Made by a program: the position numbers and the translations under genes. DNA of 64,000 nt, taken from positions 736,001 through 800,000 of the forward strand of contig CAVYGN010000002.1 of assembly GCA_963768055.1 (NCBI GenBank), given 5' to 3'. The DNA comes from an uncultured Spirochaetota bacterium. Its GTDB lineage: Bacteria; Spirochaetota; Brevinematia; Brevinematales; JAOACQ01. This document shows positions 9,147 to 19,149 of this stretch, in pieces (the first letter of the stretch is position 1; each line of letters opens with the position of its first letter). The notes below the pieces were generated by a model. It was not told where the DNA came from. It made no database searches and saw nothing but the letters and a program-made list of their open reading frames with translations.

Positions 9147-10052
9147 ATGAAGCCGGTCATCGCCCTAGCAGGCCCAGGAGTGCTTGAAAAAAGGATGTAT
9201 CTTTCCAACCTGCTGGAGAGTTTAGACAAAAAATCCGTATATACTTATTTCCTTGGTGAAACTGATGCCGCCTTAATATTTTCAGAATGCCGTCAGGATT
9301 CTCTTTTCAGTTCTACAAAAACTATTGTAGTCAAAAATATCGATCTGGTTAAAGAAAAGCAAAAAAAATCGTTCGAAGAGGCCCTTGACAGTTACCTCGA
9401 CGATATAAACCATAATGTCGTGCTGATTATCGTCCCGGATGAACTGCCGGCTGGATTGATCAATAAAATAAAGGAATCCGGAGAAGTCCTGCAATTCAAA
9501 AGGATGTATAAGAACGACCTGGCAGTTTACATAAGCAAACAATTGAACGGCTGCGGTGTCGGCTACGATAGGGAACTGCCTGATTTTATAGTGTCGCTTT
9601 CCAATGAGGATGAACTGGAAACTGAAAATATGCTTCAAAGCCTGATTTTTTTTTCAAGCGGAGGGAAGGCAATCTCGATCGCCGATGCAAGGTCGATTTT
9701 GGCTCGCTCTGCAAATATGGGCATATTTGACCTTATCGACGGTATTTTTGAGAAAAGTCCTAAAAAGGCCGCGCATGCCCTGTCCGATCTCCGGAGAGAG
9801 GGCGAACCTGTAACGCGGATGATTTACATGATAATGAGAAGCGCGAAAATGCTCTGGGGATTTTTATCCGCCGGCGATTCTAAATTGAAAGGCTATGAAT
9901 TGAATAAAATGAAGGTTTATTCTAAAAAATGCGATCTGAGGTTTGTCAGCAGAATATTCGCCCTGGCGGGGAAACTCGAACTGACGGCCAAATCCATGAA
10001 AGAAGAATTCTCATACATTGAACTGGAGAATTTTATTTTTAGTATGAATTAA
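9147..10052 (+). CDS. holA: DNA polymerase III delta subunit
   Basis: SLFSS..IVVKN motif, IFDLIDGI, length about 300 aa. Confidence 0.75.
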   Translation: MKPVIALAGPGVLEKRMYLSNLLESLDKKSVYTYFLGETDAALIFSECRQDSLFSSTKTIVVKNIDLVKEKQKKSFEEALDSYLDDINHNVVLIIVPDELPAGLINKIKESGEVLQFKRMYKNDLAVYISKQLNGCGVGYDRELPDFIVSLSNEDELETENMLQSLIFFSSGGKAISIADARSILARSANMGIFDLIDGIFEKSPKKAAHALSDLRREGEPVTRMIYMIMRSAKMLWGFLSAGDSKLKGYELNKMKVYSKKCDLRFVSRIFALAGKLELTAKSMKEEFSYIELENFIFSMN

Positions 10053-10059
10053 AGAATTT

Positions 10060-10132
10060 TGAGCCGCATGGGGGTCGAACCCATGGCCCTCACATTAAAA
10101 GTGTGATGCTCTACCAGCTGAGCTAGCGGCCC
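10060..10132 (-). tRNA. tRNA-Lys (TTT)
   Basis: Reverse complement GGGCCGC..TCACA-CTTTTAA-TGTGA..TTCGACC..GCGGCTCA forms a cloverleaf. Confidence 0.96.
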
Positions 10133-10143
10133 AAAAGAACGTT

Positions 10144-10172
10144 ATTATAACAAACACGCAAGGCAGCGTCAA
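10144..10172 (-). promoter_or_regulatory. sigma70 promoter for tRNA-Lys
   Basis: TTGACG-N17-TATAAT on minus strand; -35 overlaps the secF stop codon. Confidence 0.7.
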
Positions 10173-11197
10173 GATTTAACTGAGTTGACGGCCTTTGCAC
10201 GGTATGCTTTGGATCCTTTTAAATTTGCGTCATATGATTTCCGCAGCATGTAAGTGATCGGCGCGGCGATAAAAATGGACGAGTATGTACCGTCAACAAC
10301 CCCGATCAGCATTAAGAGGGCGAAATATTTCATCACTATCCCGCCCCAGATAAATATCGATAAAACCATAATAAAAACTGTTAAAGAAGTAATGATTGTC
10401 CTGCTCAGTGTCTGAGTTATACTTCTGTTAATAATATTCTCGTAATCCCCGTCCCTGTTCAGAGAATGAATTTCCCTGATTCTGTCGAAGACAACGATCG
10501 TATCGTTGGTGGAGTATCCGATTATGGTCAATATAGCCGCTATTACAGTTATATCTATAGGTATATTAAGAATCAGTGTGCAGGAAAGCATAAAAAGCAC
10601 ATCATGGAACAGGGCGCCGATGGCTCCGGCTCCATAAAACAGATCGAACCGGATGAAAACATAAACAAGTATCCCTCCGGCTGCTATAAGGATAAGGTAT
10701 AAGGCTTTCAAGCTGAAATCCTTGCCTATTCTCGCGTCAACTTTTTCAGATCCTTTTATAATAACGTTTTCCTGTCCATAACTTTTATTAAGTATATCGG
10801 AGATCAATCGCACCTCATCAGTGGAGTTTTCACTCGTGAATATCGGAAGGGTGATCAGGAACTGATTGTCCTGAGTGTTGCCAAGGGTGTTTACATCAGC
10901 CTCGATTTTAGCGTTTTTAAAAATATTTCTAATATCTTTAATATTGACATTTTGATTTTTAATTTGGGCCTCGACCTTTATACCGCCCTTGAAATCTATC
11001 CCGAGCGGAAAACCGCCCCTTATAAAGAACATAGTAAAACCTGTAATGATTACAAGGGCGGAAATACCGAAAAGAGTAAACCAGCGATAGGATATAAACG
11101 GAATGATCGTTTGTATGTTAATCCCGAATATCCTTGTCTGGTGATCCGATTTTTCCGCTGTTAAATTTGCTGCATTTTTATTGCTATTTGAATTCAT
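10169..11197 (-). CDS. secF: Protein translocase subunit SecF
   Basis: LGIDFKGG, ALFHD, GYSTNDTIVVFDRIRE, QTLSRTIITS, GTYSSIFIA. Confidence 0.96.
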   Translation of the reverse strand: MNSNSNKNAANLTAEKSDHQTRIFGINIQTIIPFISYRWFTLFGISALVIITGFTMFFIRGGFPLGIDFKGGIKVEAQIKNQNVNIKDIRNIFKNAKIEADVNTLGNTQDNQFLITLPIFTSENSTDEVRLISDILNKSYGQENVIIKGSEKVDARIGKDFSLKALYLILIAAGGILVYVFIRFDLFYGAGAIGALFHDVLFMLSCTLILNIPIDITVIAAILTIIGYSTNDTIVVFDRIREIHSLNRDGDYENIINRSITQTLSRTIITSLTVFIMVLSIFIWGGIVMKYFALLMLIGVVDGTYSSIFIAAPITYMLRKSYDANLKGSKAYRAKAVNSVKS

Positions 11198-11208
11198 TAT
11201 AAATCTCC

Positions 11209-12759
11209 TTATACGCTGATTCTTTCAACTCTGAAGGTATCGAGTATCCAATCGTAAACAAGGTGTGTAATAAATAAAGAGGCGAAAATATTGGCCAGAA
11301 TACCGATCATCAGTGTTAAGCCGAATCCTTGAATAGAACCCGAACCCTTCCCGAAGGCAAAAAGCGCAAAACCTGCGATAAGAGTAGTGACATTCGAATC
11401 GACGATCGTAGGTGTGGCATGCAGGAACCCGTTTTCCAGGGCATGCCTGTAACTGCGAGACCGGCGCAGCTCTTCACGCATCCTTTCGTATATGATAACA
11501 TTCGCGTCAACAGCAATACCTACGGTCAGGAATAATGCCGCAATACCCGACAGAGTGAGAGTCCAATGAAAACCTGCCGTGAATGCGATAAGATAGAACA
11601 TTGTAAACAACAATGAGAAAATAGATAATAAACCCGAGACCCTGTAATAAAAAATCATAAATGCTATAACAAATGCCGCTCCGATAAGGCCGGCTGTAAC
11701 CATGTCCTTGATTGAATCCTCTCCCAGGGAAGCGCCTATGACCCTTTCCTGTACAATATCGATTTTTACAGGCAGCGATCCGGCTTTCAGGACGTTTTGA
11801 AGAAAAGTGGCTTCTTCGGCAGTAAAATCGCCGCTTATCTGGCCGCTCCCGCCGGCTATCTCGGAGTTTATGACGGGGGCGCTGGTTACTTTATCGTCAA
11901 GCACTATGGCAAGCCTGTTCTTTACATTCTGGGCTGTTACCTCGTCAAAAATATCCGCCCCTTCCGGAGTGAGGGTAAAATTGATAATGTTGCCGCCGAA
12001 CTGGTCATGGTCCGCCTTGGCGTTATTTATCATTGTCCCGTCGAGCTCGACCTTCTTAAAAAGAACAATCCATCCCTTAAGTTTGGGAATCTGGAATTCG
12101 TCATTTTTCCAGCATGAAGCCCATTCCGAACCCGGAGGAAGCTGAAAATTCGTAGGCACATCCTGGCGGGATGCCACCCAATCCTCCCTTGAAACCATGG
12201 GCACCTTTAAGGCCTCAAGTTCCTTCATTGTTTTTTCATCCACGATTTTGAACTCGAGTTTTCCTACTTTGCTCATCTCATCCATGGCTAACTGGGGATC
12301 GCTTAATCCGGGCAGTTCAACAGAAATCCTACCCTCGTAAGTTTTCTGTATCAAGGGTTCGGCTACCCCGAACTGGTCGATCCTGTTTTTTAGTACAGTG
12401 AGGGCGCGGTCAACGGAATTGGCGTATTCTGCTTTATATTCGGTGTTAAGTTTATTTGTATCGAAATCGTATCTTTCCAGGAGAAGGTTTGTCAGGCTTT
12501 CTTCGTTTATCTGCAAGGTAAGGTTAACGCCGCCCTGGAGATCCAGGCCGAGATTGACGGCCCCTTTCCTGATATTCTTGACTTCCAGTGCCCTTTTTTT
12601 CATTTCGACACTTTGAATGTCAAGCTGGTCCTGGGATAACTTCAACAGGTCCTTTTCCTTCTGGGGTAAAAAAAAGTACCACTCTATTGACGGCAGAAGA
12701 AAAACAAAGGATAATCCTATTGTTATCATCAGGATTACTAAACGCGTTAATTTACTCAT
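11209..12759 (-). CDS. secD: Protein translocase subunit SecD
   Basis: LGLDLQGG, RIDQFGVAEP, LAIVLD..SAPVI, AVDANVIIYER, DSNVTT; start after GGAGG. Confidence 0.96.
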   Translation of the reverse strand: MSKLTRLVILMITIGLSFVFLLPSIEWYFFLPQKEKDLLKLSQDQLDIQSVEMKKRALEVKNIRKGAVNLGLDLQGGVNLTLQINEESLTNLLLERYDFDTNKLNTEYKAEYANSVDRALTVLKNRIDQFGVAEPLIQKTYEGRISVELPGLSDPQLAMDEMSKVGKLEFKIVDEKTMKELEALKVPMVSREDWVASRQDVPTNFQLPPGSEWASCWKNDEFQIPKLKGWIVLFKKVELDGTMINNAKADHDQFGGNIINFTLTPEGADIFDEVTAQNVKNRLAIVLDDKVTSAPVINSEIAGGSGQISGDFTAEEATFLQNVLKAGSLPVKIDIVQERVIGASLGEDSIKDMVTAGLIGAAFVIAFMIFYYRVSGLLSIFSLLFTMFYLIAFTAGFHWTLTLSGIAALFLTVGIAVDANVIIYERMREELRRSRSYRHALENGFLHATPTIVDSNVTTLIAGFALFAFGKGSGSIQGFGLTLMIGILANIFASLFITHLVYDWILDTFRVERISV

Positions 12760-12793
12760 TGACAAACCTCCATCGGAAAGTGAATGGGAAAGT

Positions 12794-13099
12794 TTATTGG
12801 TTTTTAATGATTGCCGCGATCGATTCTTTTGCTACTTCGAGCTTTGATTCCAGGCTCTTGATATAAATCGATTTTTCGGATATGAAATCGATAGTACCGT
12901 AAATACCGCTGTTCGTCAGCACCTTATCGCCGGGTTTCATCTGGCTTATCTGCTGTTTAAGCTTTTTCCGCCTGTTGCTTTCGGGAAGGAACAGTACAAG
13001 GTATATGATCACGAACATACCTATGATAATAAAAATCTGGGTATAACCGCCCAAACCACTTGCGCCGGGTAAAGTCTGAGCATAGATGAGATTAGACAT
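12794..13099 (-). CDS. yajC: Preprotein translocase subunit YajC
   Basis: Single TM segment then KPGDKVLTNSGIYGTI; directly upstream of secD; AGGAGG RBS. Confidence 0.93.
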   Translation of the reverse strand: MSNLIYAQTLPGASGLGGYTQIFIIIGMFVIIYLVLFLPESNRRKKLKQQISQMKPGDKVLTNSGIYGTIDFISEKSIYIKSLESKLEVAKESIAAIIKNQ

Positions 13100-13145
13100 T
13101 TTGGCCTCCTTTTTCATTGAAGTATTAAATGCAAAGTTGGAAAAT

Positions 13146-13174
13146 ATTATAAGTTAGAAAACAAAAATCGTCAA
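13146..13174 (-). promoter_or_regulatory. sigma70 promoter for yajC-secD-secF
   Basis: TTGACG-N17-TATAAT on minus strand. Confidence 0.7.
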
Positions 13175-13237
13175 ATGCTACCGCTTTAATGTTTTAGGCA
13201 ATTCAGGATATGTTATTGGGTTATCGCAGATGAGTCC

Positions 13238-14079
13238 TTACTGACTCACATTCGAGATTTCCTCCAGTACAAGCATTCCGCCCGCCATACCGCCCTTTAT
13301 TACAAGCGATCTGTCTGAATCTTCCACAAGGTAAACAATGGATTTCAAGTATGGGTCCATCAGCCGGGCGATGAAAGGATCCGCCATCATAAAGTTGAAT
13401 TTATTTACATTGAAGGTTCCGGCTTTTGTTTCTACAGACTCTTTCAATAGATATTTACATGTCACAGCTATCGGTCCTTTTACGGCCTCCGGAACAATGG
13501 AATAGCAAATACCGCCATTCCGGGAGTCAAGAAAGCGCATAAAAAAAGCTGCATTCCCCACATATCCATCGATGGAACGCTTGTATCGAATTTTACTATG
13601 TATGTGCTTTCGTTGATCTTTTTATCAGCTTGATAGCCATGTATGTATTCCACTTCCCCTTTTTCCGGGTCCATCCTGTAATGCCAGTATCCGCCTTTTG
13701 TCCAGTTCTTTGCGGCGCCTGGCTTCAGATCTCCTTCCGATTCTATTACAGAACCGATCCCGGGATCGAACACGAAAAATATAGGCCAGCGCTTGTAATT
13801 AACAGGCGGTTTTGCCTTTTCAGAAACCGGAACGATATCGAGGTAAGTCATGTAAAATATTTTCCCACTCCTGCCGGCGATCTTTCTGGTAATATAGTAA
13901 CAATCATTAACCTTTTCTCCGCCGTAGTAACCGGCATAATGAAGATACTCGCCGTCCGGAATGTCAATACGGGCATTTACTTTCATCGGGAAATACCTGC
14001 CCCCCTTGCCGCATGCTGCCGCTGCTGCCAGCGACAGTATCAATCCGATGGAAAAGAGAAAACGATAACTTATTATCAT
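13238..14079 (-). pseudogene. Frameshifted DUF3108-like putative lipoprotein (paralog of 26844-27701)
   Basis: ORFs 13480-14079 and 13238-13561 together align end to end with the intact 285-aa paralog; the frame changes at or near a T7 run (13541-13547); N-terminus LSLAAAAAC resembles a lipobox. Confidence 0.75.
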
Positions 14080-14122
14080 ATAATCATATCCCCTGAAAAT
14101 CCCGGAATTTATTGAATATATA

Positions 14123-14157
14123 AACTGTTGACTTTCGACTGCTGACTGATGACTGCG
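14123..14157. repeat. Degenerate 7-bp tandem repeat (5 units)
   Basis: AACTGTT GACTTTC GACTGCT GACTGAT GACTGCG. Confidence 0.5.
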
Positions 14158-14173
14158 GCCCTCACCTTAAATT

Positions 14174-14202
14174 TTGATATTTTAATTTATAAGGCTTATA
14201 AT
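14174..14202 (+). promoter_or_regulatory. sigma70 promoter for yidC-mnmE
   Basis: TTGATA-N17-TATAAT. Confidence 0.6.
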
Positions 14203-14237
14203 AATGGCACTAATTTTGTTATTGGAGTAAACAACTT

Positions 14238-15983
14238 ATGAATACAGGATACGAAAGAAGGATGATGATAGTTTTTCTCCTGTCGCTTGGGCTGATGATA
14301 GCATCTCTTTATTTTTTACCTCGTAATAAAGGACCCGTGAATACGGAACAAACCCAGACGCAGGCGACAAACGTCATTGAAAACAAGACGGCTGCGGTAA
14401 CCAATACAGTGATAAGCGCTCCTGTCAATTGGGAAAAAAACGCATCTCCCACTAATATCACTATAGCTTACAGGGATCAGATATCCGTCGGGATAAACAC
14501 CTTCGGGGGAAGAGTTTCGAAAGTTTCCCTCAACGGTTTCTGGAACAGAAAAAAAACTGCTATTGATGTGGTTTCTCCGGAAAATCCCTATCGCATAGGC
14601 GATACTGTTTTCGGACCGTTTGAAAACACAAGCCTTGTAACAGACAGGCCGGCTTTCACGATAACGGGAATTACAAACGATTCAGTCGAATTGTCAGCGA
14701 AGATAATAACCGGAAAGGACATTTTTAAGGTAATTAAAACGTTATCTGTCGGCAGCAATTATCAGATATTCGAGGAATTAAGGCTCACAAACCTGTCTCA
14801 GAGGAAAATATCGTTCGATTATAAAGGGGCTTCTTTATCTTTTCCCGCGAGCATTGCTTTTGTCAGCCTGGAATCGGCTAATCCGGGAAATCAGCTTATC
14901 GAGCAGTATTATAATGGAAGCGGACTTGTAAGTTCGCTGCCCGGCGGATTTTTATTCTTCTCAAAGTCCATTTTGACTAACTCGGTTACGAATTCCAGAT
15001 GGCTAAGCGTGAAAGACAATTATTTCGTTTCGATTATGAGACCGTCGTTCGATGGTTTTACAGCAAAGTTCATGGTACTGAAACAAACAAATGCCTATAA
15101 AGAAGATGCTTTGGGTATTGAAATGGCTCCTTTCTCGCTCGGGCCGAACGAAAGCAAATCTTTCAAGGTTTCCTATTATATAGGGCCAAAGAAGGAAGAG
15201 ATACTCGATAAAGTCGATGAGGAATGGCTTAATAAAAACGAGGCCGGCAATAAAAACAAGGTTAAATCTTATTACCAGTTTTTCCTGTGGTGGCCGGTAT
15301 TCAACTGGTTCATGAAGCCCATTGAATGGATAATGGTCAAATTGATGTATGTAATATCCCTGGTGGTTCCAAATTGGGGCTTAATTATAATCCTTCTTGC
15401 GATTGTAATCAAATTCGCCCTTTCCCCCCTGTCCATACAATCAGCCCGTTCGATAAAGAGATCGAACTTACTGCAGCCGAAATTGAAGAGCCTTCAGGAA
15501 AAATATAAAGGCGATCAGCAGACTTTAAACCAGAAAATGGCAGAGCTTTATAAAAAAGAAGGGGTCAACCCCCTCGGAGGATGCCTGCCGATGCTGCTGC
15601 AGATTCCTGTGTTTTTCGCTCTTCTACGCGTTTTACAGAATTCAGTCGATCTTAAAGGGGCAAGCTTTCTCTGGATGACCGACCTGACTCAGCCTGACAC
15701 CCTGTTTAAAATGAGCATTCCATTTCTGCCAAACACATTTAATCTGCTACCGTTATTAATGACGGGAATACAGCTCGTTCAGATGAGGCTGCAGGCCATG
15801 AAAACAGCATCCGCAGGGGCCAATCAACAAAATGCTATGAACATGTATATCATGCCGCTTATATTTTTGTTTATTTTCTGGTCTATGCCCTCGGGTCTGG
15901 TCCTTTACTGGACGATTCAAAGCATTTATACCATTTTTGAACAGGAATATATAAATCTTGACAAGCATGTACGGCTCAAATAA
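14238..15983 (+). CDS. yidC: Membrane protein insertase YidC
   Basis: YIGPK, NWGLIIILLAIVIK, LYKKEGVNPLGGCLPMLLQIPVF, FLWMTDLTQPD, PSGLVLYW. Confidence 0.97.
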   Translation: MNTGYERRMMIVFLLSLGLMIASLYFLPRNKGPVNTEQTQTQATNVIENKTAAVTNTVISAPVNWEKNASPTNITIAYRDQISVGINTFGGRVSKVSLNGFWNRKKTAIDVVSPENPYRIGDTVFGPFENTSLVTDRPAFTITGITNDSVELSAKIITGKDIFKVIKTLSVGSNYQIFEELRLTNLSQRKISFDYKGASLSFPASIAFVSLESANPGNQLIEQYYNGSGLVSSLPGGFLFFSKSILTNSVTNSRWLSVKDNYFVSIMRPSFDGFTAKFMVLKQTNAYKEDALGIEMAPFSLGPNESKSFKVSYYIGPKKEEILDKVDEEWLNKNEAGNKNKVKSYYQFFLWWPVFNWFMKPIEWIMVKLMYVISLVVPNWGLIIILLAIVIKFALSPLSIQSARSIKRSNLLQPKLKSLQEKYKGDQQTLNQKMAELYKKEGVNPLGGCLPMLLQIPVFFALLRVLQNSVDLKGASFLWMTDLTQPDTLFKMSIPFLPNTFNLLPLLMTGIQLVQMRLQAMKTASAGANQQNAMNMYIMPLIFLFIFWSMPSGLVLYWTIQSIYTIFEQEYINLDKHVRLK

Positions 15984-15996
15984 TAAATAATATGAA

Positions 15997-17361
15997 ATGA
16001 AAGACACCATTATAGCCCTCGCGACTCCATCAGGAGAAAGCGCCCTTGGGCTTATCAGGCTTTCCGGGCCGGCGGCCTTGGAAAACACGAATAAACTTGT
16101 TAAGTTCAACTCCAGAGAAAGCCTGGAAACCCGGTTAATAAGAGTAGGCAAGATAATTTATCCCGAAAACAATCTTATCGATGAGGCCTGCATTGTATTT
16201 AATAAGGCGCCCGAATCTTATACAGGCGAAGATACCATAGAAATAACATGCCATGGAAATCCCCTCATCATTAATGAAATCCTGCATGCTTACATGTCTC
16301 TCGGCGTGCGAATGGCCCGGTCCGGTGAATTCACTGAAAGGGCTTTTTTAAACGGGAAACTCGACTTAACAAGCGCTGAAGCTGTCAACGATATAATAAA
16401 GGCCCGGACGAGATATTCCAAGGCTGCAGCTCTAAACCAGATGCAGGGTAAATTATATACTGAAATTAATAGTATACATATGAAAGTAATGGAACTCCTG
16501 GCTGAACTCGAAGCATCGATCGATCACAGTGACCTGGATGAAAAATTCATTGAATATGATGAAATAAAATCCATTATAAATATTCTTATAGGACAAACTG
16601 ACAGCCTTCTCAATACAGCACCGGCTGGAAAAATGGCTGGAAATGGCGTACAAGTTGTAATAATCGGGGCCCCGAATACCGGAAAATCAAGCCTTATGAA
16701 TTTATTACTAAGGGAAGACCGTGTCATTGTTTCTGAAATTCCGGGAACAACGAGGGATGTTATTCATGAAACCCTCAATATCAAGGGTATTTCAGTTAAT
16801 ATTTTTGATACTGCAGGTTTGAGAAATGCAGGGGATTTCCTGGAGAGAAAGGGCATGGAAAAGACCATTGAGCTTCTTAAGAGCAGCGATATCAGGATTA
16901 TTATGCTTGACGCCTCAAGGCCTTTCAATGAAGAGGATTCCCGGATCGTTGAGAAAGTGAAGGGGCTCTTCAATATCTTTGTCCTTAATAAAATAGATCT
17001 GAAACACACTTTGGAATTAAACAATGTAAGAAAACTTTTCGGGGTTGAAGCGATACCGTTCTCTGCCGCGACTGGAGAAGGTCTTGAATTTCTGGAGAAA
17101 GCGGTTTATGATTTTTATTTCTCATTCGGTTATAATCCCGAGAAAGATACACTGATTGCTAACGCAAGGCAGGAAGACCTGCTGAGGAAAACCAGGGAAT
17201 GCCTTTTGAAAGGTTTTGAAAGCCTTGAAAAAGGATTATCAACGGAGTTTACAGCCAGTGATATCCAGGGAGCCGGCAAATATCTTGAAGAGATAACGGG
17301 TAAAAGTTCTGACGAATTTCTTCTGGAAAGGATTTTTTCGAAGTTCTGCATCGGCAAATAA
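15997..17361 (+). CDS. mnmE: tRNA modification GTPase MnmE
   Basis: DTIIALATP, SYTGED, GEFTERAFLNGK, GAPNTGKSS, GTTRD, DTAG, C-terminal FCIGK. Confidence 0.97.
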   Translation: MKDTIIALATPSGESALGLIRLSGPAALENTNKLVKFNSRESLETRLIRVGKIIYPENNLIDEACIVFNKAPESYTGEDTIEITCHGNPLIINEILHAYMSLGVRMARSGEFTERAFLNGKLDLTSAEAVNDIIKARTRYSKAAALNQMQGKLYTEINSIHMKVMELLAELEASIDHSDLDEKFIEYDEIKSIINILIGQTDSLLNTAPAGKMAGNGVQVVIIGAPNTGKSSLMNLLLREDRVIVSEIPGTTRDVIHETLNIKGISVNIFDTAGLRNAGDFLERKGMEKTIELLKSSDIRIIMLDASRPFNEEDSRIVEKVKGLFNIFVLNKIDLKHTLELNNVRKLFGVEAIPFSAATGEGLEFLEKAVYDFYFSFGYNPEKDTLIANARQEDLLRKTRECLLKGFESLEKGLSTEFTASDIQGAGKYLEEITGKSSDEFLLERIFSKFCIGK

Positions 17362-17370
17362 GGAGAGTTA

Positions 17371-18183
17371 ATGATCTGTAAAAATATAAAAATATTCCTC
17401 AAAAAAGGCCTGAAGACCCTTTATTTCTTTCATGTAATTCTCATTATAGTAATATTTATCCTTTGTTCGCTTTTTGCAATAACAAACCTGGATATAGGGA
17501 CTTTGATGCTTTACAGGAAGATAAATAACCATTTTACAATTAAACCGATAAGTTTTATTCCCCTAAAAAAAATACCGAAACCGATTATTACCATGGTGAT
17601 AGCCGCTGAAGATTACAGGTTTTATGAAGAGTGGGGAATAGATCCGGATGGAATTCATGACGCTTTATACCTGAGAAATAACCTGAAAATGAAATACTAC
17701 GGCGGCAGTACAATAACCCAGCAGCTGGCCCGGACTCTTTTTCTGTTTCCCGATAAAACGTTTACCAGAAAGTATTTTGAAATAATTATTGCAATCGAAA
17801 TGGATGCATTCATGAAAAAAGAAAGGATACTTGAACTTTACCTTAACTCGATCGAATGGGGAAAGGGGGTATTCGGGATTGAAAACGCCTCCCTTTGCTA
17901 TTTTAAAAAAAGCGTCGATCAATTGAGTCTTGATGAAATGATAAGGCTCGTAACGATAATGCCCAGCCCTGTCAAGTATAATACCGATAATTTTAACTCC
18001 TACAAGGCTCTTTCCAGGAGATATGAATTTCTAAACCAGGTAATGGGTTTAACCAGTGATGATACGGCAAGTAGCACAAATGATGAAAGTACTGAAAGCA
18101 TCCTGAATACTCAAGGTATATCTAATACCGATCCAATTGAAAATAATGATGAAGATACTAATAATTCTGAAGCCGGAAGCTGA
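17371..18183 (+). CDS. mtgA: Monofunctional peptidoglycan transglycosylase (GT51)
   Basis: AAEDYRFY, GGSTITQQLAR, RKYFE, KERILELYLN; no transpeptidase domain; acidic low-complexity tail. Confidence 0.88.
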   Translation: MICKNIKIFLKKGLKTLYFFHVILIIVIFILCSLFAITNLDIGTLMLYRKINNHFTIKPISFIPLKKIPKPIITMVIAAEDYRFYEEWGIDPDGIHDALYLRNNLKMKYYGGSTITQQLARTLFLFPDKTFTRKYFEIIIAIEMDAFMKKERILELYLNSIEWGKGVFGIENASLCYFKKSVDQLSLDEMIRLVTIMPSPVKYNTDNFNSYKALSRRYEFLNQVMGLTSDDTASSTNDESTESILNTQGISNTDPIENNDEDTNNSEAGS

Positions 18184-18185
18184 AT

Positions 18186-19112
18186 ATGAGACATATAGAT
18201 ATTTTGATTCATATCATTACTTTGTTCTCAGGGGTTATGACCGCGTTATTAGGTTTTCTATTGTATCTGAAATACAAAAGCAAGGCAATCCGGCACTATT
18301 CCCTTTTTATTTTAACCACAACTTTTACTGTTGCAACCACTACTTTGATGAGTTATTCATCACAGTTTGTAAACATTGACCAAAACTCCTGGCCTTTTAT
18401 GATTTCCTCACTGGTTTTCGCCTTTTTTATTGTATTGATCGGCTATGCATTTATAAGTTTTGCGCTGGGGATTATCAATAAACCGTTTTCCATGCTTAGC
18501 CGGATATTAACAGGGATACCCGCCCTATTAGTTTTATTGTCCCTCTTTGCAATACTGTATCAAAATTTGGGAAAAACCAGTGTTGTTTTTCCCGGGGCAG
18601 TAAATTTCTTTTATTATGGAAATCTGTTTTTCCTCTTTTTAAATTTTGTATTTTACAGCATCAGGATCATGTTCAATTTAAAATTCATGGATAATCTGGA
18701 TTTGAGGAGGGCTTTAAAGGTGTTAGCGCTTTTATTTATCGTATTTATACCTGTTCAGACTATGATCGTTATTTTTAACAGGCAGGTTTCTGTCATTATG
18801 CTGAGCCGCAATTTATTCTATTTCCTGGCCAATGTCCTCAGCATTATCTTTGCAGCGAAGTATTTTTTTCTAAAAACGCCGAATATTGCCGAGCGGTTTG
18901 ATTTGAACGACAGGTTTATTAACAATTTCGGAATTACGGACCGTGAAAAGGAGGTAATAGAACTCCTTATCGGCGGTAATTCAATAAAAGAGATCAGCGG
19001 AAAATTGAACCGCTCCTTTAAAACTATTAACAATCACATATATAATATTTATCAGAAAGCGAGGGTCAGCAGCAAACTGGAACTTCTGAACGTGATCAGA
19101 GATAACATATGA
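18186..19112 (+). CDS. Membrane-anchored LuxR-family transcriptional regulator
   Basis: About 7 hydrophobic segments followed by ITDREKEVIELL..TINNHIYNIYQK LuxR HTH. Confidence 0.85.
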   Translation: MRHIDILIHIITLFSGVMTALLGFLLYLKYKSKAIRHYSLFILTTTFTVATTTLMSYSSQFVNIDQNSWPFMISSLVFAFFIVLIGYAFISFALGIINKPFSMLSRILTGIPALLVLLSLFAILYQNLGKTSVVFPGAVNFFYYGNLFFLFLNFVFYSIRIMFNLKFMDNLDLRRALKVLALLFIVFIPVQTMIVIFNRQVSVIMLSRNLFYFLANVLSIIFAAKYFFLKTPNIAERFDLNDRFINNFGITDREKEVIELLIGGNSIKEISGKLNRSFKTINNHIYNIYQKARVSSKLELLNVIRDNI

Positions 19113-19139
19113 AGGGGCTATCCCTGGAGACAGCCCCTT
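19112..19139. terminator. Hairpin between convergent genes (probable bidirectional terminator)
   Basis: AAGGGGCT / AGCCCCTT inverted repeat. Confidence 0.6.
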
Positions 19140-19149
19140 ATTGTTTAAA

